Shown: in pieces, positions 1-8,844 of the stretch
Layout: every line of letters starts with the position of its first letter
Numbering within the stretch: position 1 is the first letter of the stretch
DNA from: Pseudobdellovibrionaceae bacterium
GTDB taxonomy: Bacteria > Pseudomonadota > Alphaproteobacteria > Micavibrionales > Micavibrionaceae
NCBI GenBank assembly: GCA_034005165.1
Contig: JAVEVE010000006.1
Span: 36,690 to 100,689 of the forward strand
DNA length: 64,000 nucleotides
Reading direction: 5' to 3'
Program-made: the position numbers and the translations under genes
Notes under the pieces: model-generated
The model's database searches: none
What the model was told of the DNA's origin: nothing
Seen by the model: the letters and a program-made list of their open reading frames with translations, nothing else

Positions 1-835
1 CCAAAATTTTTGCGGTGATGCGTGTCCCGTTTGCTGCAATCAAGCAATCCTGTAACCATGCATCTGCCCCTTCCGTTTTCCCAAAAGAGAAAATTTTCTT
101 GATACCACACTTTTGAGCGGCATCTTTCAAAACAGCAAATTGAGAGTTATCCTGATTGAGAATAGCGATTCCATGTTCATCCATACCGTCGAAAATTTCG
201 GCTTTGGCTTTTGCGATTCCTGTTACCCCCTCAGGAAAGTGTTCAATATGAACAGGGGCTACGGTCGTAATAATCGCGACATGCGGTTTGACCATTTTCG
301 TCAGAGGTGTAATTTCATTTGCGTGGTTCATGCCCATTTCAAATACGGCAAAGTCAGACCCTGCATGCATTCTGCTTAGAGACAAAGGCACACCCCAATG
401 ATTGTTGAGACTTTTCTCGGAGAAATGAGTTTGACCAAGTGCAGAAAATGCACGACCTAGCATTTCTTTTGTCCCTGTCTTTCCAACGCTTCCGGTAATA
501 CCAATGATTTTAGCAGCTGTGCGGTTGCGTGCGGCAATACCTAGGTCCTGCATGGCTTTGAAAGTATCTGCAACTTTAAGAATCTTATCCGCAGGCACAC
601 CCTCGACATCCTGATCTATAACCACCGCAACCGCACCATTTTCAATAGCGGCGCGTGCATATTTATGTCCATCAGTGCTATCTCCGCGAATGGCAATAAA
701 CAAGTCTCCTTGCTTGACGCTGCGGCTATCAATGGCAACTCCTGTTGCTATCCAGTCACCTGAAGCTATTCCGTTTGTTGCAGCGGAAGCTTCTGTGGAT
801 GCCCAAAGAGTGTTCGAAGATAAATGTGCGGTCAT
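1..835 (-). CDS. murF: UDP-N-acetylmuramoyl-tripeptide--D-alanyl-D-alanine ligase MurF (5' part; runs off the window)
   Basis: Not in the ORF track because it is open at the window edge. Manual minus-strand translation from ATG at 835 gives MTAHLSSNTLWASTEASAATNGIASGDWIATGVAIDSRSVKQGDLFIAIRGDSTDGHKYA. Further downstream in the same frame is NNHWGVPLSLSRMHA (MurF NNxIGVPLTL-type motif). No stops in the stretches checked. Follows murE in canonical dcw order. Confidence 0.88.
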   Translation of the reverse strand, partial: MTAHLSSNTLWASTEASAATNGIASGDWIATGVAIDSRSVKQGDLFIAIRGDSTDGHKYARAAIENGAVAVVIDQDVEGVPADKILKVADTFKAMQDLGIAARNRTAAKIIGITGSVGKTGTKEMLGRAFSALGQTHFSEKSLNNHWGVPLSLSRMHAGSDFAVFEMGMNHANEITPLTKMVKPHVAIITTVAPVHIEHFPEGVTGIAKAKAEIFDGMDEHGIAILNQDNSQFAVLKDAAQKCGIKKIFSFGKTEGADAWLQDCLIAANGTRITAKIL

Positions 836-925
836 AATCAATGTACTTTCTGTTTGCGGCGTTGCACCGCGGTGGGATAGATAGGCTAGGAAATACGCAG
901 AGAAAGAGAGGTAAGAAGAGTTGAT

Positions 926-2374
926 TTAAGCAAAAACCTCCCCGAGAGCAGATTCAGCTTCTTCGACATCGTCGAAATGTTCAGTATGGGTTGCAAAGAT
1001 TTGCCCTTGCTCATGCCCTTTTCCTGCCAGAACGAGGATGTCGCCAGCCTGCAACATTCTTACAGCCTCGCGGATTGCCTCACGACGCCCTCCAATATTG
1101 ATGGCACCATCTCCCGCTCCATCCAAAATATCCTTGCGGATTTGACCCGGATCTTCAGAGCGTGGATTATCATCGGTTACAATTGTTATATCGGCCAAAC
1201 GTGTTGATATTTCGCCCATTTGAGGGCGTTTTCCTTTATCACGGTCTCCGCCGCATCCGAACAGGCAGATCAGACGATTTTGCGCATGCGGGCGCAAAGC
1301 ATTCAATATGTTTTCCAATGCGTCAGGTGTATGCGCATAATCAACATAAACTGCGCAACCTGTTGGGGCGCCTTTGACTAATTGCAGGCGTCCCGCTACT
1401 CCTGATATTTTTTCGACTGCAGAGAGGATTGCTGCGATTTTGAATTTGCCACCTACCATGGCAAGACCAATAGCGCATAGAATGTTCATTGCTTGGAATT
1501 CGCCAACCAGCGGTAGTTCAAGCATATGATTTTCACCGAAAATTTTTAAAGACAGTTTTTGCCCATGTGGTAAAATTTCCCGGGAAATCAACTTAATCTC
1601 ATCACCTTTTCTACCGTATCCCCAGCATGTAATTTTCCGCTTCTGACATTCCGCTTTAATTACACCAAAATACTCGGTATCCGCATTCAAAACAGCAGTC
1701 CCGTTTTCACATAGTAACGTCGTGAATAGTCTCAATTTCGCGGCAAAATATTTATCCATAGTTCCGTGATAATCCAGATGATCACGGGTAATATTTGTAA
1801 AGGCTGCGGCAGAAACTTTAACACCATCCAAACGATGTTGCTCGATCCCAATAGAAGATGCTTCCATTGCCAGATTTCCAATATTTCTATCTGCCAACTC
1901 CGATAGGCGAGCATGTAACCATACCGGGTCAGGAGTCGTCATACCGGAGTAGTCTTCAATATCAGGCCCCAATATACCAAGCGTTCCGAGGGAAGCTGCG
2001 CGTTCACCCAATTTTTCCCAGATCTGGCGAACAAAATTAACGGTTGATGTTTTGCCGTTTGTTCCCGTTACGCAGACAATATTTTTAGGCTGGGTCCTGT
2101 AAAAAACAGATGCAGCTTCCGCCAAAAATTGGCGTGGGTTTTTGACTTCGATAACTTGAGCATTGCCGATTGGCCCAACATTGCTCCCTACCCCAACCAC
2201 GATATATTTTGCACCCTTATCTACCGCAGCTTTAATGAAAGCCTTTCCATCATGATGCGCACCGGAAATGGCAACAAACATCGCGCCGTTTATAACCTGA
2301 CGACTATCACTGGTAATCATTGTTATATCGGGAAGACTATCAACCATGTTATTCACCTCCCTTTTCAGATACAA
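926..2374 (-). CDS. murE: UDP-N-acetylmuramoyl-L-alanyl-D-glutamate--2,6-diaminopimelate ligase MurE
   Basis: 482-aa ORF with DSRQV..GAMFVAISGAHHDGKAF N-terminus, GTNGKTS P-loop and DDNPRSEDP near the C-terminus. Sits between ftsI and murF. An alternative ATG at 2347 lies 1 nt after the ftsI stop. Confidence 0.93.
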   Translation of the reverse strand: MYLKREVNNMVDSLPDITMITSDSRQVINGAMFVAISGAHHDGKAFIKAAVDKGAKYIVVGVGSNVGPIGNAQVIEVKNPRQFLAEAASVFYRTQPKNIVCVTGTNGKTSTVNFVRQIWEKLGERAASLGTLGILGPDIEDYSGMTTPDPVWLHARLSELADRNIGNLAMEASSIGIEQHRLDGVKVSAAAFTNITRDHLDYHGTMDKYFAAKLRLFTTLLCENGTAVLNADTEYFGVIKAECQKRKITCWGYGRKGDEIKLISREILPHGQKLSLKIFGENHMLELPLVGEFQAMNILCAIGLAMVGGKFKIAAILSAVEKISGVAGRLQLVKGAPTGCAVYVDYAHTPDALENILNALRPHAQNRLICLFGCGGDRDKGKRPQMGEISTRLADITIVTDDNPRSEDPGQIRKDILDGAGDGAINIGGRREAIREAVRMLQAGDILVLAGKGHEQGQIFATHTEHFDDVEEAESALGEVFA

Positions 2375-4067
2375 ATTGCATTAAAGGATCGGATATATCT
2401 ACGGCATCCATATCCGGTTTCATTCCAAGAATTGAACCGACAGAGGAAACAATTTTACTAACTGCAGGCGCAGCCACCCATCCAGCAGTTGCATACCCAT
2501 AACTTTTTGAATTCGGATTTGGCTCATCCACCATCACAAGAATGGCGTATTTGGGATCATCAATCGGAAACGCGCCAACAAAGGTAGCAATACGCTTTCC
2601 GGCGTCGTAACGACCATGCACGTTCTTTTGGGCAGTTCCTGTTTTTCCACCAATTTCATATCCGTCTACATCAGCTTTTCTTGCTGTTCCGTGAGAGACA
2701 ACAAGTCGCATCAATTGACGCATTTTCAAAGATGTTTGCTGGGAAATAACTCGAGTGCTTGCGATAGGTTCGTTTTCTTGCTTTACAAAATGGGCATTAA
2801 CCTTAATTCCACCATTGACAATCGCACTCGTTGCTGTAACGAGCTGCATCGGCGACACGGCAATACCATGCCCATAAGATGCTGTCAGTGTATTGATCTC
2901 ACGCCATGGGCTAGGAATAATCGGACTTCCGACCTCATCAATATCCAATGTCATTTTGGACATCAACCCCAGATCATCATAGAATTTCTTCATGCTATCC
3001 GTTCCAAGATCCTGTGCCATATGAACAGTTCCGATATTTGATGACACCATAAAGATCTCAGGAATGGACAATGGCCGCTTTTCAGGATGGTAGTCATGAA
3101 TAGTATGCCCCGCCATTCTTACAGGCTCCGTTGTGTCATATTTTCGAGAGAGTGGAAAATTTTTCTTTTCCAACAAAGCTGCTGTTGTGAAAATCTTGAA
3201 CGTTGACCCAAGCTCATACATACCCAGTGTCAGGCGATTAAACATTTCCGGAGAACTTGCATCCGCGCTTGGCGTATGAGGATTAAAATCAGGCAGCGAT
3301 GTTGCTGCAAGAACTTCTCCCGTGTGCACATCCATCAAAATTCCCACTCCGGCCTTTGCCGTAAAGGATTTCATAGCTTCATAGACTTCGCGACGCAAAA
3401 TATGTTGTAACCGAATATCCAATGTCAGCTGCAATGGACGATCGGATGCCTTCAGCAGATTATCAAAGCTGCGCTCAATACCTGCCTGTCCTTTGCCATC
3501 AATATTCGAATAGCCAACCACATGAGATGCCAGATCCCCCTGTGGGTAGAAACGGCGGTAATCATAGTCAAAAACAAGACCTGGCTCCCCTATTTCAAGA
3601 ATTTTCTTTTGCTCACCAGGGGTCAGATTTCTTTTAATCCAGACGAAGCGTTTCTCGCTTTGCAGTTTCTTCAGCACTTCGCCATAGATCATATCCGGAA
3701 ATATCTTAACCAGTCCCTTGGCGGTATCAACAGGATTAAGAATTATTTTCGGATCCGCATGCAACGAGGCCGTTTTTAACGATGTCGCCAACAACACTCC
3801 ATTGCGATCAACAATATCTGCGCGAAATTTTGAGTCATGGTCACCCTCTCCGGCATCAGCCTGCGGTGCTCCAATATAACCCTCCGTCTCATCAAACAAT
3901 CCTTGAATAATTGTTGCATCGACAACACGCACCATCACAGCGCCGTAGAAGAACAGAAACATCATGACCAGCAATACAATTCGGCCACGAACCAAATCCA
4001 GGTTCCCGCTTTTTTCACCCATAATACGAATTGTTAATCTGGAGAATGGGGACTTTCTACTCATCAA
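2349..4067 (-). CDS. ftsI: Peptidoglycan D,D-transpeptidase FtsI (PBP3)
   Basis: 572 aa. N-terminal TM helix and class B PBP motifs STFK (LGSTFKIF), SSN (VSSNIG) and KTGT (GGKTGTAQ). dcw position between ftsL and murE. Confidence 0.92.
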   Translation of the reverse strand: MMSRKSPFSRLTIRIMGEKSGNLDLVRGRIVLLVMMFLFFYGAVMVRVVDATIIQGLFDETEGYIGAPQADAGEGDHDSKFRADIVDRNGVLLATSLKTASLHADPKIILNPVDTAKGLVKIFPDMIYGEVLKKLQSEKRFVWIKRNLTPGEQKKILEIGEPGLVFDYDYRRFYPQGDLASHVVGYSNIDGKGQAGIERSFDNLLKASDRPLQLTLDIRLQHILRREVYEAMKSFTAKAGVGILMDVHTGEVLAATSLPDFNPHTPSADASSPEMFNRLTLGMYELGSTFKIFTTAALLEKKNFPLSRKYDTTEPVRMAGHTIHDYHPEKRPLSIPEIFMVSSNIGTVHMAQDLGTDSMKKFYDDLGLMSKMTLDIDEVGSPIIPSPWREINTLTASYGHGIAVSPMQLVTATSAIVNGGIKVNAHFVKQENEPIASTRVISQQTSLKMRQLMRLVVSHGTARKADVDGYEIGGKTGTAQKNVHGRYDAGKRIATFVGAFPIDDPKYAILVMVDEPNPNSKSYGYATAGWVAAPAVSKIVSSVGSILGMKPDMDAVDISDPLMQFVSEKGGE

Positions 4068-4527
4068 CCCCTCCGATTTGGCTCAAGACAGATTGAAAGT
4101 CATTCGTAGAACCTGATGATTTTGCCTCAGAAATTTTAACTTCCGGCGTATCTCGCAAAACACGCTTTTGTGCAAGATTTTTTGGCTTGGAGACAGGATA
4201 TGCAGCGGGCACAATTCCCAATTCTTCATTGACTTGCCTTTCCGGCACAACATTTGCATTCTTCAAAATATCTTCCGGCTCGATCCGCTCCATAGAATGC
4301 AAATATCTCTTTGCCAGACGCTCAAGACGATCAGGCCTATTCAAATAATCCCACTCCGCTTCCAGAACACGGATACCCTCTTGCTCACTTACAACTTGCT
4401 GCTTGATTACACGCTGCTTGCGCTCGAGCATCTGGACCTGCTGAGATACCCAGAACAAAGAAACACCCGAAAGAACCGCCATTAAAATGGCTACCATTGT
4501 CGAAAGACGAAGAACAAATCTTTTCAT
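4057..4527 (-). CDS. ftsL: Cell division protein FtsL (alphaproteobacterial type)
   Basis: 156 aa. Single N-terminal TM (MVAILMAVLSGVSLFWV) followed by a coiled-coil-like segment. 4-nt overlap with the rsmH stop. Conserved slot between rsmH and ftsI. Confidence 0.65.
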   Translation of the reverse strand: MKRFVLRLSTMVAILMAVLSGVSLFWVSQQVQMLERKQRVIKQQVVSEQEGIRVLEAEWDYLNRPDRLERLAKRYLHSMERIEPEDILKNANVVPERQVNEELGIVPAAYPVSKPKNLAQKRVLRDTPEVKISEAKSSGSTNDFQSVLSQIGGVDE

Positions 4528-5477
4528 ACAGCCCTCCTTATTCCGACACGCATTTTTGCAGATCTGGACCGTGGATTGATTTGGAGCTCATGCTCGGACG
4601 GGAGTACAGGCTTTTTGGTAACCAGCGAGAAGCTGAGCCTGTGTTGCGATGATGAACCCGCCATATTCGGCAGGTGCCGCGAGGGAGACGGAGCAGGCTT
4701 CGCCCGCTCGTTGAGGAAATTTTTAACAATACGATCTTCCAAAGAATGGAAGGTCACAACAATCAGACGACCATTTTCACTCAAAACATCCTCGGACGCT
4801 TCAAGAACGGTTTCAAGCTCTTGAAGCTCCTCATTAACCGCAATTCGCAAAGCCTGGAATGTTCTGGTAGACGGATCAGATTTATCTTTTTTTGAAAACG
4901 GCAGAACAGCGCGCACAATTTCCGCCAACTGGAATGTGGTTTCTATTCTTTGCTCGGCACGCTTTCTAACGATAGCTGCGGCGATACGGCGAGAGTGACG
5001 CTCCTCCCCATAGAGATAAATAATATCGGCCAGATCTTTTTCGTCCATATGATTGACTAAATCAGCTGCCGTCTTACCGCCAGAGCGATCCATACGCATA
5101 TCCAGAGGCGCATCAAAACGGAACGAAAATCCACGATCTCCCTGATCGAACTGCATGGATGACACCCCAAGATCAAGAATAACCGCATCCACTTTAGCAA
5201 TACCGCGTATAGCCAGCTCCTCACGAAGATTGGAGAAACTATTTTTGACAAGAATCAGCCGATCCCCATACTTTTCAGACCATTCAGAAGCCATTAAATG
5301 GGCGGTCTCATCACGATCAAACCCAAGAACTTTACAAGCGGGCTCCACATCCAGAATGGCACGCGTGTATCCGCCAGCCCCCAGCGTACAATCCACATAG
5401 ACCTCACCAGCCTTCGGCTCGAGATACGCCATAACCTCCGGCAACATCACAGGGAAATGGGGGGACGATTTATCCAT
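4524..5477 (-). CDS. rsmH: 16S rRNA (cytosine1402-N4)-methyltransferase RsmH
   Basis: 317 aa. YVDCTLGAGGYTRAIL SAM-binding motif and ILDLGVSSMQFD motif. Located between mraZ and ftsL. Confidence 0.93.
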   Translation of the reverse strand: MDKSSPHFPVMLPEVMAYLEPKAGEVYVDCTLGAGGYTRAILDVEPACKVLGFDRDETAHLMASEWSEKYGDRLILVKNSFSNLREELAIRGIAKVDAVILDLGVSSMQFDQGDRGFSFRFDAPLDMRMDRSGGKTAADLVNHMDEKDLADIIYLYGEERHSRRIAAAIVRKRAEQRIETTFQLAEIVRAVLPFSKKDKSDPSTRTFQALRIAVNEELQELETVLEASEDVLSENGRLIVVTFHSLEDRIVKNFLNERAKPAPSPSRHLPNMAGSSSQHRLSFSLVTKKPVLPSEHELQINPRSRSAKMRVGIRRAV

Positions 5478-5938
5478 TACACATCCTCCTTCGACAAGCG
5501 CGGCAACGTCAGGTTTTCACGAATAACATTACCCCTCGCCTCTGCGCGGCGCGCCTCAAATAATCCCGCATCCCAAATCTGGAATTTCTTACCCAACCCA
5601 ACAAAAGCAGCCCCATCATGAATTTTCGCATAATCAAGCATCGATTGAGGCACATTTATACGACCCTCAGCATCAAACGCGCACTGGACAGACTCAGCAA
5701 AAATGGCCGTCGCAATATCATCCTGCTGATCAGAGAACATATCGAAGTGATCAAGACGCAAGGACATCTCCTCCATCGTTCCAAAATCAAAACCTTCGAT
5801 ACATGGGTGATTAGTCGCCTTAAAGAGAACGACACCCTGAAAATTCTGCCCCATCAATGTGGCACGAAACGGCGCCGGAACTGACATCCGACCCTTCTTG
5901 TCTACCTTGTTGACATATGTTGACAGAAATAATGGCAT
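5477..5938 (-). CDS. mraZ: Transcriptional regulator MraZ
   Basis: 153 aa with the two MraZ DxxGR repeats (VDKKGRMSVP and FDAEGRINVP). First gene of the dcw cluster; 1-nt overlap with rsmH. Confidence 0.92.
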   Translation of the reverse strand: MPLFLSTYVNKVDKKGRMSVPAPFRATLMGQNFQGVVLFKATNHPCIEGFDFGTMEEMSLRLDHFDMFSDQQDDIATAIFAESVQCAFDAEGRINVPQSMLDYAKIHDGAAFVGLGKKFQIWDAGLFEARRAEARGNVIRENLTLPRLSKEDV

Positions 5939-5960
5939 TTAGTGTGCTTCGCGCGCTGAC

Positions 5961-6007
5961 ATGGGATTTAACCCCTTCTTAATGGGATAGCATGGGAATT
6001 CATGGGA
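5961..6007. promoter_or_regulatory. Array of four (C)ATGGGA direct repeats upstream of mraZ; candidate MraZ operator
   Basis: ATGGGA occurs at 5961-5966, 5982-5987, 5992-5997 and 6002-6007. The last three are spaced exactly 10 bp apart (TGGGA + 5-nt spacer), the layout reported for the E. coli MraZ operator (TGGGN repeats). The array lies 23-69 bp upstream of the mraZ start. A TTGACT -35-like hexamer (minus strand, 6013-6008) abuts it. Confidence 0.55.
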
Positions 6008-6071
6008 AGTCAAACAAATCAGCGGTTTTTCCACCAAATAGCTGGGGAAAATCCTGTGGATAAATCTGTGC

Positions 6072-6090
6072 AAAAAGGCAGGACTGCCCC
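6072..6090 (-). terminator. Weak hairpin + T-run downstream of rnpB
   Basis: Minus strand reads GGGGCAGTCCTGCCTTTTT: a 4-bp stem GGCA/TGCC, a tetraloop, then T5. Confidence 0.3.
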
Positions 6091-6130
6091 GTGACAAACC
6101 TGCTAAAAGGAAAATTTTTTATGAAAATAT

Positions 6131-6499
6131 GCCAGCCGGTCTATAAGCCGGATTCTGTACTCCGAAGAGCGAGAACCATTCATCTGGGATTTGCGTTACC
6201 ACAAACCTCTAGCAACCTACCCGGGCAACGATCCGGAAACGGATCATTTGTCGCCCCTATTTGGTCTTGCTTCCGGTGGGGTTTGCCGTGCCTGTCCATC
6301 ACTGGACGAGCGGTGCGCTCTTACCACACCGTTTCACCCTTACCTGATCCTGTTATCCTTTTTCAAGGCAGGCCATCGGCGGTTTACTCTCTGTTGCACT
6401 TTCCGTCAGGTCACCCTGCCCGGTCGTTAACCGGCACCGTGTTTCCGTGAAGTCCGGACTTTCCTCCCGCATGTGCAGGCGGTCCTCCGACCAGCTGGC
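6131..6499 (-). ncRNA. rnpB: RNase P RNA, bacterial type A
   Basis: Minus strand carries GGAGGAAAGTCCGGAC (universal GAGGAAAGUCCGG core), GGTAAGGGTGAAACGGTG and the 3' ACAGAATCCGGCTTATAG motif. The P1 helix forms between 5' GCCAGCTGGTC and 3' GACCGGCTGGC (11 bp, one G-U). The overlapping + strand ORFs at 6091..6450 and 6191..6430 are spurious. Confidence 0.93.
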
Positions 6500-6561
6500 G
6501 GAGGGACTATAACCACTAATTCAGCTGCTCGTCAAATCGGAAACATTTAGACATTAGAAGT

Positions 6562-7293
6562 TTAAGGCGAACCACTTTCATCCACCTGCCCCAAAAGAGA
6601 CAACAGGGCCATACAGGTCTCCTCATCCAGCACCGGACAACCAAACGATTTCGGGACGTAATGACGGCGGAATTCTTGCAACAAGACATCCATTGGGACA
6701 TCGTCAGAATATCCGAATTTTATCATACCTTCATAGAATTTGGTGGGGTGGTCCAGAAAATCCTGCGGCGAGTACTCCTCGTTACAGGCAATTTGCGGCA
6801 TGAGTCCTATTCCGTTTATTTCCAGCTTTCTCCACGGGAATTTTTCTCCCGGGTCTTTTTTCCGGCCCGGAGCAATATCCGAATGCCCTAATATATTTCT
6901 ATCAGGGATAGCCCATCTGGTTCTGATATCAGCAATCAAGCCAATCAGCGTATCAATCTGCACCGGAAGAAATTCTTCAAAATTATATTCATGACCCGAA
7001 TTCCAAATTTCAATCCCTATAGATGCGGAGTTCATGTCACAAATATTCTTCCATCTTGACACGCCTGCATGCCATGCACGCTTATCCTCTTCGACAAATT
7101 TATAGATTTCCCCTTCCTCTCCAATCATATAATGCGGGGAAATACGCCCAACTCCATCTTGCGGGGCGACCTCGAGAAAGCGCTCCTTGGCATCTTCTGC
7201 GGTTTTTGTCCCTGTATAATGGATGATGATATATTCGACAGACATGCCGCTTTGCCGTTCATTCCAGTTCAATGATGGCACCTCAAAAATCAT
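6562..7293 (-). CDS. N-acetylmuramoyl-L-alanine amidase, amidase_2 (AmpD/PGRP-like) family
   Basis: Motifs IIIHYTGT, AWHAGVSRW, SIGIEI and GHSDIAPGRKKDPG. AAGGAG lies 8 nt upstream of the ATG at 7293; the ORF-track start at 7314 is less likely. The C-terminal ~70 aa may be a peptidoglycan-binding-like module. Confidence 0.85.
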   Translation of the reverse strand: MIFEVPSLNWNERQSGMSVEYIIIHYTGTKTAEDAKERFLEVAPQDGVGRISPHYMIGEEGEIYKFVEEDKRAWHAGVSRWKNICDMNSASIGIEIWNSGHEYNFEEFLPVQIDTLIGLIADIRTRWAIPDRNILGHSDIAPGRKKDPGEKFPWRKLEINGIGLMPQIACNEEYSPQDFLDHPTKFYEGMIKFGYSDDVPMDVLLQEFRRHYVPKSFGCPVLDEETCMALLSLLGQVDESGSP

Positions 7294-7320
7294 ACCCAAC
7301 TCCTTGCCTCCCATTTCGTT

Positions 7321-7336
7321 TTAACCTCTCGTTAAC
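7321..7336. promoter_or_regulatory. Perfect CtrA-type box TTAA-N7-TTAAC
   Basis: TTAACCTCTCGTTAAC sits in the divergent intergenic region between the amidase (start 7293) and the diguanylate cyclase (start 7447). With 9 fixed bases, roughly 0.5 chance hits are expected in this window on both strands, so it may be coincidental. Confidence 0.35.
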
Positions 7337-7446
7337 ACTCAGGGGCATTTTTTTCAGTTTATCGCATTCCAAACAAAGAACCTATCCTTAAGTAACCTGT
7401 TATTAAATAAAATGTTCTCTAATGAAGGTTGAACCCTGAGGAGATC

Positions 7447-8802
7447 ATGGATTCATTCAAGAATTTTTTTGCAGTTATATTCAAAGGGGATTCTAGCGAG
7501 AATTACCCGCTACTTCTGACGTTTGCATATGTCTTTGCATTGTCAATGATTGCTATTTTTACATTTGTTTCGCACTCCATTACAAACTATATCAGTGATA
7601 CACAGCTCGAGCGCGCAGAGATTACATACCAATTAAGGTCCCAAAGCATCCTCGTCATGGAAATCTCGAGATATGCCAGCGATTACTATAATGACTCTAT
7701 GAGGTATGATTACATCTTCATGAAACAATCTATCGAGAAACTTGAAAGCTCCTACGACGAAGTTGTTTCGTATATCAATACTCCTGACGGATTTGATGTT
7801 GGCTACGCCAAGGAAACACTGGGAAGGTATTATTTCAAAGAAGGTTTTTCGATTTCTGAAAAAATGTCTTTATACATTAAATTCTCGAAAGAATTTTCCA
7901 GCTTTAGCGAAACCAGCTCTTCTCATGAACGGCAACGCGTTCTTGCTCAACTTAATGGCGGTCAGGATCGCCTTCTTATAGAACTTTTGAATGCAGCGCA
8001 GGCTGATTTTCAAAAGGAGACGATTGATGAAATTCAGTCTATTATGAACATCCAGCTCTATATGTCCGGAGGAATTATCTTCGTCATTCTTCTTGAGGCC
8101 TTGTTTATTTTCCGCCCTATTATCAAGAAGCTTGATGAGTATCATGTCACAATCATTTCACAAGCTATGGAAGATACTTTGACGGGGCTGAATAACAGGC
8201 GAGCATTTTACAAGCAGTCAGAAGCCTTCTTTGAAAAGGCTCAGGCTGAAAATAAGCCTTTTACTGTTGTATTATGCGACCTTGATAAATTCAAATCCGT
8301 AAATGATACTTATGGGCATGAAGTCGGCGATGAGGTTTTGAAACATTTCGCAAAGACCCTAAAATCTGCCCTGCGCCCCTTTGATATTGTGGCTCGCCTT
8401 GGTGGAGAAGAGTTTGCAATTATTCTCGGAAACACATCCCCGAAAGCCGCATCACACATTCTGGATCGCTTGCTGGAAATTGTAAGAAACAATACCTGCT
8501 CTTATACGCTGAATGACGGCACACAAGGCTCTTTGAAGTACACAACGAGTGTCGGATATTTTGTTTGCCATCCTCAGAAGATGCTGGATCTCGACACATA
8601 TTTACGTTATGCGGATTTGGCGCTTTATGAAGCTAAAGAAGGCGGACGTGACAGGCATGTCCGCTACACCCCAACACCCAAGCATGACGAAAAAGATGGA
8701 TCAACAACAGAAGAAAACTGTACACCTGCAGACACATCAGGTGAGGAGAACAAAGTCCGTTTTTCTACGCGCGCAAGCGATCAGGCTAAACAGCCCGCCT
8801 AA
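7447..8802 (+). CDS. Membrane-bound diguanylate cyclase (GGDEF) with an uncharacterised periplasmic sensor region
   Basis: C-terminal GGDEF domain with LTGLNNRRAF, DLDKFKSVNDTYGH and active site RLGGEEF. Intact I-site RPFD lies 5 residues upstream. Two predicted TM helices flank a ~150-aa loop. GAGGAG precedes the ATG at 7447 (ORF-track TTG at 7429 is possible). Confidence 0.88.
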   Translation: MDSFKNFFAVIFKGDSSENYPLLLTFAYVFALSMIAIFTFVSHSITNYISDTQLERAEITYQLRSQSILVMEISRYASDYYNDSMRYDYIFMKQSIEKLESSYDEVVSYINTPDGFDVGYAKETLGRYYFKEGFSISEKMSLYIKFSKEFSSFSETSSSHERQRVLAQLNGGQDRLLIELLNAAQADFQKETIDEIQSIMNIQLYMSGGIIFVILLEALFIFRPIIKKLDEYHVTIISQAMEDTLTGLNNRRAFYKQSEAFFEKAQAENKPFTVVLCDLDKFKSVNDTYGHEVGDEVLKHFAKTLKSALRPFDIVARLGGEEFAIILGNTSPKAASHILDRLLEIVRNNTCSYTLNDGTQGSLKYTTSVGYFVCHPQKMLDLDTYLRYADLALYEAKEGGRDRHVRYTPTPKHDEKDGSTTEENCTPADTSGEENKVRFSTRASDQAKQPA

Positions 8803-8844
8803 AGCTACTCAAACACATGACTTCCAATATTTTTATAGGGAGGA

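Noticed and set aside
113-884. + strand ORFs 113..379 and 675..884
   Set aside because: They are antisense to the murF reading frame, which carries clear MurF motifs. These are shadow ORFs.
6091-6450. 119-aa and 79-aa + strand ORFs (6091..6450, 6191..6430)
   Set aside because: They lie entirely inside the minus-strand RNase P RNA gene. The sequence is explained by conserved rnpB motifs and helices, not by coding potential.
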